DNA from: the human T2T-CHM13v2.0 reference genome, Homo sapiens
Length of the DNA: 64,000 nucleotides
Assembly: GCF_009914755.1 (NCBI RefSeq)
Contig: NC_060925.1
Strand: one strand, 5' to 3'
Part shown: positions 18,133-38,359 of the stretch, piece by piece
Layout of the letters: the number at the start of each line of letters is the position of its first letter
How positions within the stretch are numbered: the stretch's first letter is position 1
Made by a program: the position numbers and the translations under genes
The notes under the pieces: generated by a model
What the model was told of the DNA's origin: nothing
Databases searched by the model: none
Seen by the model: only the letters and a program-made list of their open reading frames with translations

Positions 18133-18449
18133 AGATTTCCTGTTAGCTTTTATGTGGACACTCTATATAACGTTTGTTTTCAGAAAACATAGGGTGGGAT
18201 ATTTCACAGCTTACACACTTAGGATGAGAAGTCTCTATTCCTCTTGAAGACCATCAGTTCTACCTCTTAGGTGTCTGACAGAGGGGGTTAGCTCACATAT
18301 CTACTGAATAATCCTACTGAGCTCACTATTTTTTAGTATGCATTACTAAAGATAATTGAACCTAATAAAGTATCTTACAATTGACACATGAAAGAACTTT
18401 CCATTACTCACAAAAGGAAGTGCTGTCTTCTCACAGAGTAGTAAACATA

Positions 18450-19830
18450 AAATAATGACTACAAGCACTCAGCACAGCTCTTGTTGAGATTTCAAAATTC
18501 ATTTAGATAATCCTTTCAGTCTCCTAGGTTCTCAATTCCTTTAACTCATCTCCTTCCATCACTTTGCCTCTATGCTACCCCCATCTTCACATCCTAAAAC
18601 TTATACTCACAAGATAGTATATACTTAGCACTATGCTACTATACTTAGTATACTATACTTAGTACTATTATATACTATTATCCTCTAATACTTCCAATTT
18701 CAATCAACCCACTCTTATCTAAATCTCCCAAATTTCTAGTTCCTACCTCGAGAACTCCATTGCATCGTCAACCACACTGCAATCTACAATTGATGATACC
18801 ATTTTCCACTGTCTCAACCTTCTTTATTTTCTCACTTCACTCCTTAACCCAGATTACTTTCCATATCCCTCTTTTATAATCATTCTCCTAAATGTATGAA
18901 CATCTCATCACTGACTGTTTTATTCACCTAGAGAAATCTCACCTTTAGTTAAACTGAATTCTGTACTTATTCAGTGATAGCGCCTCTGCTGAACTGAACT
19001 GGAAAAGAACACGAAACCACATTGACTAATACCACTTAAATAAACCACAGATTGCCAAGAGTTTGTTTACTTTTGTACATTCCTAGCTATTCATTTTACA
19101 TCTCTTTTTCCTTCCTTAATCCTTCGTGATTTCTTCCCTTTTTATGAGCTTGCTTCCTATTTCACTGAGAAAATATCACAAAAATTTGACATGCTCCTCC
19201 TATCTACTGAACTACAAACATCTGGACCTCCATAATCTGACGTACATCCTACTGTTAGTAATTAGCTGTTTGTGTGCCTATCTTTAAAACCAAGCCTTCT
19301 ATTTTTTTACCAGGTCTATGTCTTCATCAATATCCCTCTGTTTCCTGCATTATGCTTTTTCTGTCTACTGAATCAGTCCCATTAGCATAGAAACCTGCTA
19401 TATCATCGATCTTAAAATAAACAGCTTTTTGATGCTATATTACCCTCCATTAACAACCCATTTCTCACATCCCCTTGAAAGCAAGACTCCTTAAGTGTTG
19501 TCTTCAATACTCACTATATTAAATTCCTCTCCAACATTCTCTTGAATACCTCCTCTTACTCCTGATATCCACCAAGTTGGTCAACGTCAATGTCCCAAAG
19601 GTTGCTCTACCCAGTGCTTAATCCAAAAACTCATCTTTCCTAACTCATCAACACAGCTAAAATATTTGATCACTCCTTCCTATTTGAGATACTTTCTTCA
19701 TTTAGCTTCTAGCTATTCCTCCTTAGTCTTCTTTAATAGTTCTTGAACTATTTTATATCTCACCATTGGGATGCTCCAGGGTTCATTTCTCCATGCCTCT
19801 AATTCCTGTCTCTAATGTTCTTACTCTCCC
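18450..19830 (+). mobile_element. Ancient L2 LINE fragment
   Basis: CT-rich, with degenerate L2 RT motif TTTGATCACTCCTTCC...TTTCTTCATTTAGCTTC. Boundaries approximate. Confidence 0.55.
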
Positions 19831-20409
19831 TGCCTCACGATGCTGTAAAAGGTAGGAAGCTATGATCCACAACAGCATTTTTACACAAGACTTGAGTCTT
19901 TTTGGGCAGTGCCTCTAAGGTAAAGGTGTAATCACAGACCCAGGAACGTACCTATAGGAATGAATCGAATAAAAAGAAGAATGTTTTCCTACGTATATAC
20001 AGCTGGAACTAATTTCACTAAAGGAAAAGAATAATTTTATGTGGGAAATATTTTCACCTTTGAGTGATGTTCTGACAGATGAAAGATCTGGGAGAACAAA
20101 AATGGTAGACTGTATTACGGCAAGGATACAAATTTCTAAATTGGGATAAATCCCCCACTTCCAAAAAACTAAAACCCAATAAAACTCGAAGCCAGACAAA
20201 TATAAAATAATTACAAAAAGCAAGATTACAATTTAAAAAATGTGAAACTGCATTCATATCCAGGCAAGAACTTTTAAAAGGCAGTTTTTGTAATCATAAA
20301 TAAAATATATTATAAAATTGCCTTAAAAAGAATTTGATGTAATCATCTAGTTATGTTCTCCTACATGTGTTAAACCAGGTAAAGAAAAAATACAAACACC
20401 ATTCCATTG

Positions 20410-20608
20410 GAAAGAAAACAATTTATTGTATTTGAGGAAAGTCATTAAAATACATGTAATATATTTCCAATTCACTGATTTAAAGGCATACAGATTTAAT
20501 TTTTAAATACACTTTCAAAGCTGTTACGCACAGTTCCATAGTCCGGGTGGTCAATTTCTTCTTCTCAAAGTTGGAAAGCACTTGAAGGACACGGGATTCA
20601 AAAGAAAC
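20410..20608 (-). other. Orphan terminal-exon-like segment (possibly a duplicated RNPC3 3' end)
   Basis: Mirror of 47779-47977: branch point, TTTTAG acceptor and AATAAA in non-repeat sequence. Identity is an inference. Confidence 0.3.
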
Positions 20609-21279
20609 CTAAAACATCATAAAAGCCAATTAGAAATAATAAGTATAACACAGCTCTTTAGTTTAAAAATAACTGAGAGCTGAACCATTTATATTTAGAA
20701 AATTAGTGAATCATGTCAGTATAACAAAATTTATCTAAATAAATGACTTATAAAGAAACTGATTTATAATATATACAAACTCATTTTAACTATGCCTGTA
20801 GAAAAATAATTGCATTTTCAATATCTATAGGTTTTGTACTTTTAAGGTGATAATAACCGAATTTTGAATTTGTTTTCATAGAACTAAGAATAGCAGCAGA
20901 TTTTTCAGCAAAGAAACACAGAGGCTCCAACCCTTTATTTTCCTAGTTGTTAATATAAGGTTAGATGGCTAGGTTGATACTAGGTACCTAACCATTTTAC
21001 TCTAACAAACCAGTATCCAAACTGCTCAGTCCTTAGAATAACTAAGGACACCTTTTCAAATCCGAGTCTTATACTCCATTCCCAGAGATTCATATGTATT
21101 AGTTCTAGGATAGAGTATAGGAATCTTTATGCATAAAAACTCTTCCTTGGTGGTTCCCGACCTTGGTTGCACATCAAAATCAGTTTGAGAGGTTTATTCC
21201 AACTTCTGTGCTACACTCTCAACACATCAAATGAAAATTCTGAATAAGGGAACCAGGCATCAACATATTTCTTAAGGAT

Positions 21280-22085
21280 TTTTTGAGGAGGGAGAGGGTC
21301 TCACTCTGTCACCCAGGCTGGAACGCAGTGGTGTGATCACGGCTCACTGCAATCTAAACCTCGGGGGCTCAAGTAATCCTCTTGCCTTAGTCTCCCAAGT
21401 AGCTGAGACCAGAGGTGCAAGCTATTTATTACTAGCTATGTATCCAAAGGAAAATAAATGAGTATATCAAAGAGTTAACCACACTCTCATATTTATTGCA
21501 CTATTCACAATAGCAAAGATATGAAATCAACCTGTGTCCATCAATGGATGAATGAATAAAAGCAACGTGGTATATATACAAGCAGTGGAAGAGTTTTTGT
21601 CCATAAAAAAGAATGAAATTTTATCATTTACAGCAAGACGGTTGGAACTGGAAGTCATTGTGTTAGGTGAAATAAGCCAGGCACAGAAAGACAAGCATCA
21701 CATGTTCTTATTCTAAGAATAGAACGTGAAAGCTAAAAATATTGATCTCATGGAGGTAGAGAATAGAATAATACATAGATACCAGAGGCTGGAAAGAGTT
21801 TCTGTGGGTGGGAGGAATAAAGAAAAGTTTGTTAATGGGTCCAAACATACAGTTACTTGGAAGACATAAGTTCTAATATTTCATAGCAGAGTAAGGTGAC
21901 TACATATAAACAGCAATGTATTGTATTTTCCAAAATAGCTAAAGGACTTGAAACTTTCTTAACATATGGAAATAATACTTGAGGTTATGGACACCCCGGA
22001 TACTTTGAATTGATCATTGTAAAGTCCAGGCAGGTAACAAAATATTACATATACACTATGTGTAGGTACAAATATATTAATGAAA
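21280..22085. mobile_element. Alu right-arm fragment (-, 21280-21420) abutting an L1M 3' end (+, 21430-22085)
   Basis: Alu arm motif, then L1 motifs TGTCCATCAATGGATGAATG and GAAATAAGCCAGGCACAGAAAGACAA. Confidence 0.75.
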
Positions 22086-23569
22086 AAATAATCCTCCTCT
22101 ACAATAAAATTTTATTATTGTTAATCTGACTAATTGAGAATTCATGATGATTTGGAGATTATTTGGCAAAATGTTGCCTGTGCAAAGCAAGCTTTTCTTC
22201 CTACATTGTGCAAATTATTAAAGTAATATAAATATGTATATAACTTCAAAAAGTGATTTTCAATATATTGTTCTACAGCACTCAAGCTTTTAATGTCACT
22301 GCTATTATGTTTTACAATAATAGGTAATAATTTAGCCCTCCCTGTAAATTAAGGTCTCTTTAGCCTGTTTATTTTTTTCAACAAACTTACAGACTGGATG
22401 TTTAGGTCCCAAAAATTTAAATAACTTGTCTCTCATTACTTATCAAATATATTGTATTTCTGAGATCTGACTCCAGACTCTATCTGTGGTTTTAGACTAG
22501 TACTCCAATGCTAATCTCATTTTAATCCACTGCAGGAGAACTATGTACTCTCTCTCTGGAAACTTTTAGCACAGCTTTTTATATGATTTTCTGAAATATA
22601 ACAATAAAATTTCTATCAACAGTTTATTTTTTATCTATGCATATTCTTAAGCTCATAATTTTCATTATCCTATTTTCCCTAAAATTTATTCGAACTCATT
22701 TTAATTAGATTTTTAGTTTTATGGTGGTATAATTCACAAGTTAAAATTATATATATTCAATGTGTACAACATGAGGTTTTGAGTTTTTTTTAATTAGCCC
22801 TAGTTGAGAAAGGCAAACACTTACTGGTACATACTAAAAAGTATTCAGGACAATGATGCTTAATATAAACTTGCTAACTAATAATCAATAGACTACTCAA
22901 ATGCTTTTTTGTTAAACAAATCTACAATTCTAGGTAGCATATTTTTACTGGTTTCCTTTACACTGCAGCATTTTTTCAACTAATATATATCTTACAAATA
23001 GTAAAATACATAAATCTTAAGCATATAGCATTATAATTTTTATAAGTGTATATATCCCCATCATCACTCAAATCAAGCAAGATATGGAGTATTTCCAGCT
23101 CCCACAACCACTCTCTTGCACTTTCTCAACCAGTTACTCACCAAAGGTCATCATTATCATGAACTCTATCACGATGGATTTCCCTGCTCCTCAATTTCAT
23201 ATAAATGGAAAGTTGCTATCTGTATTCTTTTGAGTCTGACTTCTTTCACTCAGTTGAAGTTTGTAAGAATCATCTACATTTTGTGTAGCAGCAGATCATT
23301 GTTTCATTGCTGTGCCGTATTCCCCTGTGGGAAGCAAAAGTAATTTATTTATTCATTCTACTGTGAATGGGCATTTGTGTTGTTTTTAGTTTAGAAGTTA
23401 TGACACATCAGTGATTTTATTTGATAAGAAGCCTAGGAGTTGCTGAGTTATATAGAATTGATTGCCTTACACACATTGTTTAAGTTGTGCCTACTCTTGT
23501 ATATATTTCATCCTTGATAGGTTTGTCTCTCTACTGTTTGGAACAAACCTGGAGCTCCCTATAGGAAAC

Positions 23570-24079
23570 TGATATCTTCTTTTTCTTTTCTCAACTTCTA
23601 TTTTAGGTTCAGGAGGTACATGTGCAGGTTTGTTACGTGGGTAATTGCATGTTGCTGGGGTTTGGTGTACAAATGATTTCATCACCCAGCTAGTGAGCAT
23701 AGTCCCCAGCAGGTAGTGTTTTGACCCTCACTCTCCTCTCACCCTGCGCCCATCAAGTATATATTAAAATGATTTTCACTATCAAGCTAATTAACATATT
23801 CATGTCTTCACATAGTTATCACATGTTGGGAAAGGATAATACTTAAGATCTACACTCCATGAACTTAAAGCATACATTATTATTATCTATTGTTACCATG
23901 TTGTACGTTAGATCTCCCTAACTTATTCATCTTATAATGGCAAGTTTGCATGGCTGTACCTGTAGTATTTTTCTTTCTCTGCCTGGCTTATTTCACTTAG
24001 CATAATATCCTCTAGGGTCATTCATTTTGTTACAAAGGGCCAAATTTCATTCTTTTTAATACTGAATGATATTCCATTG

Positions 24080-24124
<45 letters not shown>

Positions 24125-24617
24125 GATAGATATCACAATTCACATACTACTCATCTATCAACACTTAGGTTGTTTCCATATTTTGGGTTTTGGGAATAAT
24201 GCTGCAATGAACACAGGAATGCAGATATCTCTTCAAGATAGTGATTAGATTTCTTTTGTCTGTGAAAGGATAATTATATAAAATGGCATCAAGTTCTCGG
24301 CTCACTGGAACCTCTGCTTCCCAGGTTCAAACAATTCTCCATGCCGCAGCCTCCCAAGTAGCTGGGATTACAGGTGCCCACCACCACACCTGGCTAATTT
24401 TTATGGTTTTTAGTAGAGACAGGGATTCGCCATGTTGGCAACTCTGGTCTTGAACTCCTGACCTCATGTAATCTGCCTGCCTCAGCTTCTCAAAGTGCTG
24501 GAATTACAGGTGTGAGCCAACACACCCACAGGTATATAAATTTATACCTAAAAGTATAATTGCTGCATCATATGGTAAGTCTTTAATTATTTGAGGACCC
24601 TCCATGCTGTATTCCAT
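23570..24617 (-). mobile_element. L1 3' region (old L1M plus an L1PA-like 3' fragment) with nested partial Alu (about 24297-24530) and (AGAT)11 at 24081-24124; truncated at the breakpoint
   Basis: L1 3'UTR motifs on the - strand. The same element continues intact across 43766 in the right copy. Confidence 0.8.
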
Positions 24618-24862
24618 TTGCCCACTTCTAAGAAGTTCCCAATTAAAAATCTCATCGACTTTATTTCCTAAATTCTCTATTTTCTATTAGAAAATATTTC
24701 AAAGATACATCTGTAGTAGAATGTGAGCATCCCCAGTGCCCAATGCAAGGAAGTCACTATAGAATATCTCTTGAGGAATCATGGAATAAATGAATAATCC
24801 AATGGATTCTCAGGAGAAAAATGAGGTTTTATGAATCAATCATAACATTTTTACCTCAACAG

Positions 24863-31011
<6,149 letters not shown>

Positions 31012-31019
31012 AATTTAAA

Positions 31020-31025
31020 ATTAAA
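31020..31025 (+). terminator. Amylase polyadenylation signal ATTAAA
   Basis: Begins 9 nt after the stop codon, followed by GT/T-rich sequence. Confidence 0.65.
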
Positions 31026-31139
31026 TGCATGTCCTCAAAACAATAGCCAAGTGTGTTTCTTTTCTTACATGTACAGCAGTACTTATATTTCATTAATTTT
31101 TACTAAAAGCTCTAATTAGTAATTAGAGGTTCAAAAAAG

Positions 31140-34100
31140 TTGATAGTGTGAAACACAATTCCAGGTTACACAGAAGTTATTTATTTTGGCAAAAGGATGT
31201 CTCAGAAATTTTAAAACTAGGCAACAACCTTTACTCATTAAGAGGGAAGACTTAGCTTTCCAAACAGTCTGTCTCCTGTCTACTCTTTTCTCTCCTTGGC
31301 AGTCTACCAACAAGGCAAACCAAATATTTCATTATTCTTCTCTATTACATGAAAAATCTGTACAAGGGAAAGAAAACCAAATTTTACCCTTACATTGGTT
31401 TCAAAACATTCCTTTTTCCATAGGCAACGTTTACATTTTTATGCCTTTTTATAATCTTTTATGACAAACACATTTTACTGTTTTTACACACATTTTACAC
31501 ACTTTGCATGTAAATTTATTTTTAGTTGTCTTATTTACATGTTTTAATGGTAAATCTTAACTTTGCCATTTTAGTTAAAATGGTAACTTTAATGTAAAAC
31601 CTGGTAAGTTTTTTCAATTATGTACTAGATGCAGATAAAGTCTGACTTTTTCCATCCTAGTTAGGGGCATGGTTAATTTCATATGTCCCCAGGCCTTATC
31701 AAGTTGTAAAGTAGGCAGTATACAACCTTGAAACATTTAGCAAACCTGGTATCTAACTTATATGATTTAAACCTCCTATTTACGTGTTGATGATATTTGC
31801 ATTTTCCAATTTGATCTTTAAAACAATTTTTATTTCTTAGAGATGAAAGTCACATAAACTAAAAGGCATTGCAGTTTTAACTTTCCTCTAAAATGTTTGA
31901 TTTAAGTGCATATTTTTATTTCAGGCAATCAGTTATAGCTCGTTACAGACATCACACACAACACATATATCATTACACAGACAAACAGAAGCAGATCCAG
32001 TAGTTCTAAGATTTCTTCCTGTCCCACTTCCTAATTGAATTATTGGCTTCCCAGTAGAGCCCTTTAAGAGCAGGGATAGAAAAACCATGAAGTTTCTAGG
32101 GCCTAATCAACTTGTATAGCTGTAAGACAAAAGCAGATTTTGAGTGGGATCTATCAGCCTCTAAATTCTGGGATTCCATCAGGAAAACAGAGGTTTCTCC
32201 CAAAATGGAATCCACTGTGCCTTTTCTGTTTTTCCCAAAAAGTTTCAGGCCACCAGACATTACCTTGGGTGCATCAAGAGTGGAAAGACAGAGCGGAGGA
32301 CAGTAATTCAGCCAACAGAAAAATTCTTTTCAAGAAAAACACAATCCAAGAAGAGAAAAACATACGGGCCTTTTAAATATACCTATAACTTGAATATCCA
32401 CTTTTAATCAAGCTGAGCACTCTTTCAGAAATTCCTTTGAAATCTTCTGTTACCTGACTTTAGCTAAATCAAGCAGGTAATATTTCTGGCTTTTGAACTT
32501 TACTAAAAGTAACATCACAGGTGAAAACAACAACTCTCAATCAGGTTATAAGTTAACTGTGAGTATTCAAGATATTTTATAAGTGGTGGTAAGCAGCTTT
32601 TACTAGATCTAGAAACTTTAAAGGCAATTTAGAGAAAGGAAGATTTCAGAAAGGAAATTAGAGTTGTTCATGGAGGAGGAAGAGATGATTAAAGGTCATA
32701 CAGCTATTAAATTGAAAGTATTCATCACCCAAGCTAGGATTGAACCTGGGCCACCATTGTAAAATGGCAATGGCTAAAAAAGTCCTGCCACAAGGTTACA
32801 GGTTATGCTCAAGACATAAAACAAGATAGAGGCATGCAGCAAAGTTTGTTACTTACCAGTTTATGTGGGTGACTTGAATAGTGAGCTTATGGAGTCCCAG
32901 GCCTGGATTCCATTCCAACGTATTCCAACCCGTTCCAAGATGGGTTGTTACCCATGCAGAAAACGGGGGGAATATAAGGTGTCCCTTAGTCTCCTTTCTC
33001 CTTTTGAAGTGACCCAGGATGAAGCAAAAGATTACAGGGGTGTCCCTGTTCTCCTCTTTCCTCCCATCTCCTTTGGGTCCCGGTAACCATCATAGGTGCT
33101 GTCCATGGATGAAAGCATGAATTGCACCCATGGATGTGGAGGTGCTAGCTGGCAGGAGTAGTCATTTTTACCAGCACAATGCCTCCTCACACTGCTCTTC
33201 TGGGTTCCTAGGCCTCCCAGGAGATTCTACAGTAGATAAAGTTGGGTGAGACACTTTAATAGAGGGAGTGTTTTAACCCTATTCCTGCCTCCTCTAGTTA
33301 TGGACCTGGAAAAGCAGTGCATTCCCAGAAAATTTTATCCATTGACATTTAAATATAAAATCCCCTTTCTGTTTAAATGCCAATGTGGTTGGAAGCAGAA
33401 CAGGTGTCTCAAAAGAACATATAGATTTAATGGCTGTCCTCCTTCTGATGGAAACAGCACTAAGGCTAGAATTTGTCTCTCAAGGGTGGCTTCCTCCCAA
33501 CTGTTGAATGCGGAGTTTTTTTCCTTAGAAATGGGGCATAGGGTCTGCTTGCTGTTAGAGGAACACAAAAGAGGAAGAAATCTGGGCATTAGAATTTTTT
33601 GGCGAACGGCCACCAAGAATTTTTACGGAGAAAAATAGCCTATCTCATGAAGTGGTGCTGTAGGGTCTGAAAAGTTATGTAAAATCTGTGACTCTAAATT
33701 TTTTCCAGGAAGAAGTTAGAAAGAGAGGTTTGGGGTTTAACAGGCTGTCACTGTATATGCCTCCCAGCAGTAGAAAATTAACTTGTCTCATTAATAAACT
33801 GTTCAAATTCATTCAGCAGTGCTGAGCTTTTACATGAAGGAAAAGCAACTGAAATGGAGAGGGATGAGGGTATTCACTTGGGGTGAAATATCTTCTCATA
33901 GAGTGCCATGAATGACTGCTATTGCGGGACAAGAAGCACTTACTAGGTGAAGGTTTAGACTGAAATCTTGAAATCCCCTGGTATTTTGTGTGTCTGATTA
34001 CCTTTCCAAAGGAATAAAATCAGATATGTATCCATCTCAGTGAGCAGAGGGGTGACTTTGAGTAGAATGGGAGGAAGGTTTGTTCTAAGTAGTTTCCCGC

Positions 34101-34149
34101 TTGCATTTTCCCCAGTGATTTCAGGGGCCCAGTATATTTTCCTTTCACA
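31140..34149 (-). mobile_element. ERV1 MER4-group element: partial LTR (about 33985-34149) plus non-coding internal sequence
   Basis: Reverse complement begins TGTGAAAGGAAAATA...CCTCCCATTCTACTCAAAGTCACCCCTCTGCTCACTGAGAT. The internal region is typical of MER4-group elements. Subfamily and left boundary uncertain. Confidence 0.6.
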
Positions 34150-35212
34150 CATCTGACAAGGGATTAATAACCAGAATATCTACGGAGCTCAAACAACTCT
34201 AGAGGGAAAAAAAATCTAATAATTGCATCAAAAAGTGAGCAAAAGATTTGAATAGACATTTCTCAAAAGCAGACAGACATATGGTAAACAAGCATATGAA
34301 AATGTGCTCAACATCATTGATCAGAGAAATACAAATAAAAACTACAATGAGATATTATCTCACCCCAGTTAAAATGGCTTTTATTTAAAAAACAGACAAT
34401 AACAAATGCTGGTGAGGAGGTGGAGAAAAGGGAACCATCATACACTTTTTGTGGTTATGTAAATTAGTACAGCTGCTATGGAAAACAATTTGGAGGTTCA
34501 TCAAAAAACTAAAAATAGAGCTATGATGTGATCCAGGAATCCCACAGCTAGGTATATACCCAAAAGTAAGAAAATCAGTATATTGAAATGATAACTGCAC
34601 TCCCATGTTTATTCCAGCCCTGTTCACAATAGCTAAGACTTGGAAACTACCTAAATGTCCATCAACGTATGAATGGATAAAGAAGATGTGGTACATATAT
34701 ACAATAGAGTACTATTCAGCCATGGAAAAATGAGATCCTGTCATTTGCAACAACATAGATGGAACTGAACTGTACATTATTATGTGACGTAAAATAAACC
34801 GGCCCAGAAAGACAAACATCACATGTTCTCACTTATTTGTGGGAGCAGCAATTCCAAACAATGGAACTCACGGTCATAGAGAGTAGAAAGATGGTTACTA
34901 GAGGCTGAGAAGGGTGGATGGGAAGCAAGTGTGAATGTTCAATGAGTACAAAAAACAGAAGAATGAATAAGACCTAATATTTGACAGCACAACAGGGTGA
35001 CTATCGTCAATAACAACTTAATTGTACAATTTAAAATAACTAAAAGAATATAATTAGATTGTTTGTAACATAAAGGTAAATGCTCGTGGTGATGGATAAC
35101 CCATTTACCCTGATGCTATTACTACACATTATCTGCCTGTATCAAAATATGACATATGTCCTATAAGTATATACACCTCCTAGGTACCAACAACAATTAA
35201 AAATTTAAAAAA
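34150..35212 (+). mobile_element. L1MA-type 3' end
   Basis: ORF2 C-terminal motifs (ATCTGACAAGGGATTAATAACCAGAAT, CTCACCCCAGTTAAAATGGC), 3'UTR, A-rich end. Confidence 0.85.
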
Positions 35213-36374
35213 GTGTATCCTTCCCAGTGAACCGAAATATTTTACATTGATCATTTTTACATTATCATAGTGTGTTGGAATAATCATAGCTTTGGAAAGA
35301 AAAAAAATAAATGTAAACTTTCAAAGATGGCAGGAGATATAGATCTCTCTTTCTTTAGTAGATTAAAATATGCAATTTGTTATCAACATTGCACTGACAA
35401 TTTTTAACACAGGCCATATTCTGGAAATGATATGATTATAGGAGTTATAGGAAAAAGCATTTTTTCATACTGTGATTATCTAGGCTATGAGGAAAAGAGA
35501 TATTTCCTCTATGATGTCTAATTTAGCATAATTATTCTTTTTAAACTATATTTAGATTTAATTAAGAGATACACAAACAAATTAATTTTAGTAGTAAGAA
35601 GAGTTTTTAAAATGTTTTGTGTAAGATGACTATGTAGTAAAGAAGGTTACAAACCTGCTTTTTAACTTAGAAAAATAATCTCACCTTCTTGCCCCATGGA
35701 AAATTGAAATGTTATGTGGAACCCAATGTACAAAAACTCTCAGTGAGGATTTCTGTCTTAAGTTTCAACGGATTGAGGTGAGACCAGTGCCTGTTCCACC
35801 TTTTTCCTCCCTGTCCTAGGTGACTTGATAACATTTATACAGCCATAAAATTTTGCTTTTAAATTCAAGTATAGAAAATAAACTTTAAAATGTGATATTT
35901 TTATATATTTTACCTTAATAATTTATATGGGAAATATTTTTGAAAGATTAAAAAATTAAAATTTTTAAAAGAGTATAGTGAAATAATCTAATCACATGTG
36001 GAAATTGTGTTACTATTTCCCCAAGCATTTTTTGTACATGTAATTGAAAATGAGTTGAATGTAACTCATAAGTAGTATAAAACTGTTTAATATTTAATTT
36101 TCTGCTGCAGTAATGTGACATAACAACCTTAAATTCTTGGTACTTTAAACAAGATATTTTTTTTCTCCCAAATTTCTAGGTTATTTAAGGGCAGTTCTGC
36201 TTTATATTGCAGTTTGCCTGGGCTTTACTCCAGGCTGTGTGTTGAAGTTAGGTCTAATCTATTGTATCCCTACACATCCCACTTAGAAAAGCTAACAAAT
36301 TTCCTTTGGACTTCAGTCAGTTCGATTGTATTTGTCATTCAAAAGCCAAATCATTTATCCTAACACCAACGGCT

Positions 36375-36695
36375 TATTTATTTATTTATTTGTTTGTTTG
36401 TTTATTTATGTTTTAGAAGGAGTTTTTCTCTTGTTGCCCAGGCTGAGGTGCAATGGCGCGATCCTGGCTCACCGCAATGTCCCCTTCCCGGGTCAAGGGA
36501 TTGTCCTGACTCAGCGTCCTGAGTAGCTGGGATTACAGGCATGCACCACCATGCCCAGTTAATTTTGTATTTTTAGTAGAGATGGGGTTTCTTCGTGTGG
36601 ATCATTCTGTTCTAGAACTCCCGACCTCAGTTGATCCGCCAGCCTCAGGCTCCCAAAGTGCTGGGATTACAGGCGTAAGCCACCGCTCCCAGCCT
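36375..36695 (-). mobile_element. Alu (AluS-like) with (TTTA/TTTG)n tail
   Basis: Dimeric Alu on the - strand. Confidence 0.9.
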
Positions 36696-38051
36696 AACCG
36701 ATTGCTTCTTTTGTTCTGTAGTCTTTTGCCAAAACTGTTATTCTCTGGACTCACTTTCACCTTCTCTCACACATACATGTCCCTCGTGTCCCTTTGTGTC
36801 TCCAGGGTCTTCTATTTCCACGTAATCTTAATTTTTCATCACATCCTGGACTCATGAGTAATTAATCTGTTATTCTCCCTGAAAGTGCAGCCTTGTTGAA
36901 TAGAATGTGTTCTTTAAACAGCAGCTTTGTTTCTCGAGTGAGGTATTAACTTCCAGATTTAGGTGAAAATGAGTTCCAAGTTTTATGTTTCATTGTGTGT
37001 CTAAGACTGACACCGTTTATTACCGTGGCACTTACAGCTTGCTTTCAATGCCTCCAAATTCTCTATCTGAAAGGCTGGGTACCATATCTCATGTCTGAAC
37101 ATAGTCCTCAGAATCATGCAGTACCAGCTATGTTCCTTCTGTATATTATGGCTTCCGAGGTGCCTGTTAAGCAGCCAGGTGAAATTGCCTTTTAATCAAT
37201 ATAGGAACCAGTCTCTTTCCTGGTGATGCTAATGCTTTTTATAAAAAGGCCATGCTGTATTGAAGTTCTTCTTTCAGGACAAAACCACTAATGGAACTCA
37301 TCTACCTACTGATGGGTGGAAGCTCTTGGTATGCCAAAGTCTTGTTTTGTTTGTGAAGAATCTCTTTCCCTCAACAGTGATGTGCTACGTTAGGTCTCAA
37401 ATCATTGTTGCGTTTTAATCTAAATTTATGACAAAGATTTTCAGTTTCTATGCATAATTTCCTTCTCTGGCCTTAACCATCAGTCTGTGGACTTGCCAAG
37501 CATCAACAACAACAACAACAAGAACAACAAGTCTGAGGTCAAGAGGCAATATTTAGATCTCAGAATCATTTGTTGTCATTTATCCTTTGATAAAGTTTTG
37601 CCTTTCTTTCTTTATGAGTATATTTCCTCTCATGGTTTCCCAATCTCTTGAGAAAAAGAAAGTTCTTGCCTCTTGCAGTCTTTCTCATTAGTTGAATTAT
37701 ACCAGCAGTTCAGCTTCTGATCCTGTCGAGAAATCCACCATGAAGAAATAAAACATTTCTGATTACATGGATTACGTTTCCTGGATTCTTATAGGCATTA
37801 AACTTAGTTCTAGGATACAACCGCATGATCTTCTCTTATTCTCAGAACAAGAAATATATTACTATATACATTACAGTTTGTATATATTGCAGTTTATATA
37901 GAGTATATGTATATGTACTGTATATATATATGTACACATATATATAACAGTAAACCCTGTAGGCAAGCAGGAAAACTTCAGAATTCTCAATGAATCCATC
38001 ATTAGCTGTTAGTAATGACAACACTATTAGAAGTATTTCAATAATCAAACA

Positions 38052-38359
38052 TTGTTGTGGTCTGTATGTGCACCCCCAAAAGTAATATCTTGAAATTCTA
38101 ACACCTGAGGGCATAGTATTTGGAACTTGGGAGTGGAATTCTTTTTTGTGCTATTATGAATAAGATGCTTGCCTCTTCCATCAAATGAGGACACAGCCAC
38201 AAGTTACCCTCTAGGAGCTAGGAAGTTAGCCTTCACCAGACACAAAATCTGCTTGATTTTGAATTTAGTCTCCTGAACTGTGGAAAATAAATTTCTGCTT
38301 TTATAAGCCACTCAGTTTATGCTATTTGGTTATAGTGGCCCAAAGAGAGTAAAAAGACA
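38052..38359 (+). mobile_element. MLT1-type MaLR solo LTR
   Basis: TGTTGTGGTCTG...AATAAATTTCTGCTTTTATAAGCCACTCAGTTTATG...AAGACA. Confidence 0.7.

Noticed and set aside
32730-32915. tRNA-like B-box fragments (GGATTGAACCTGGG; GGATTCC)
   Set aside because: No full cloverleaf could be built; they lie within MER4-group internal sequence.
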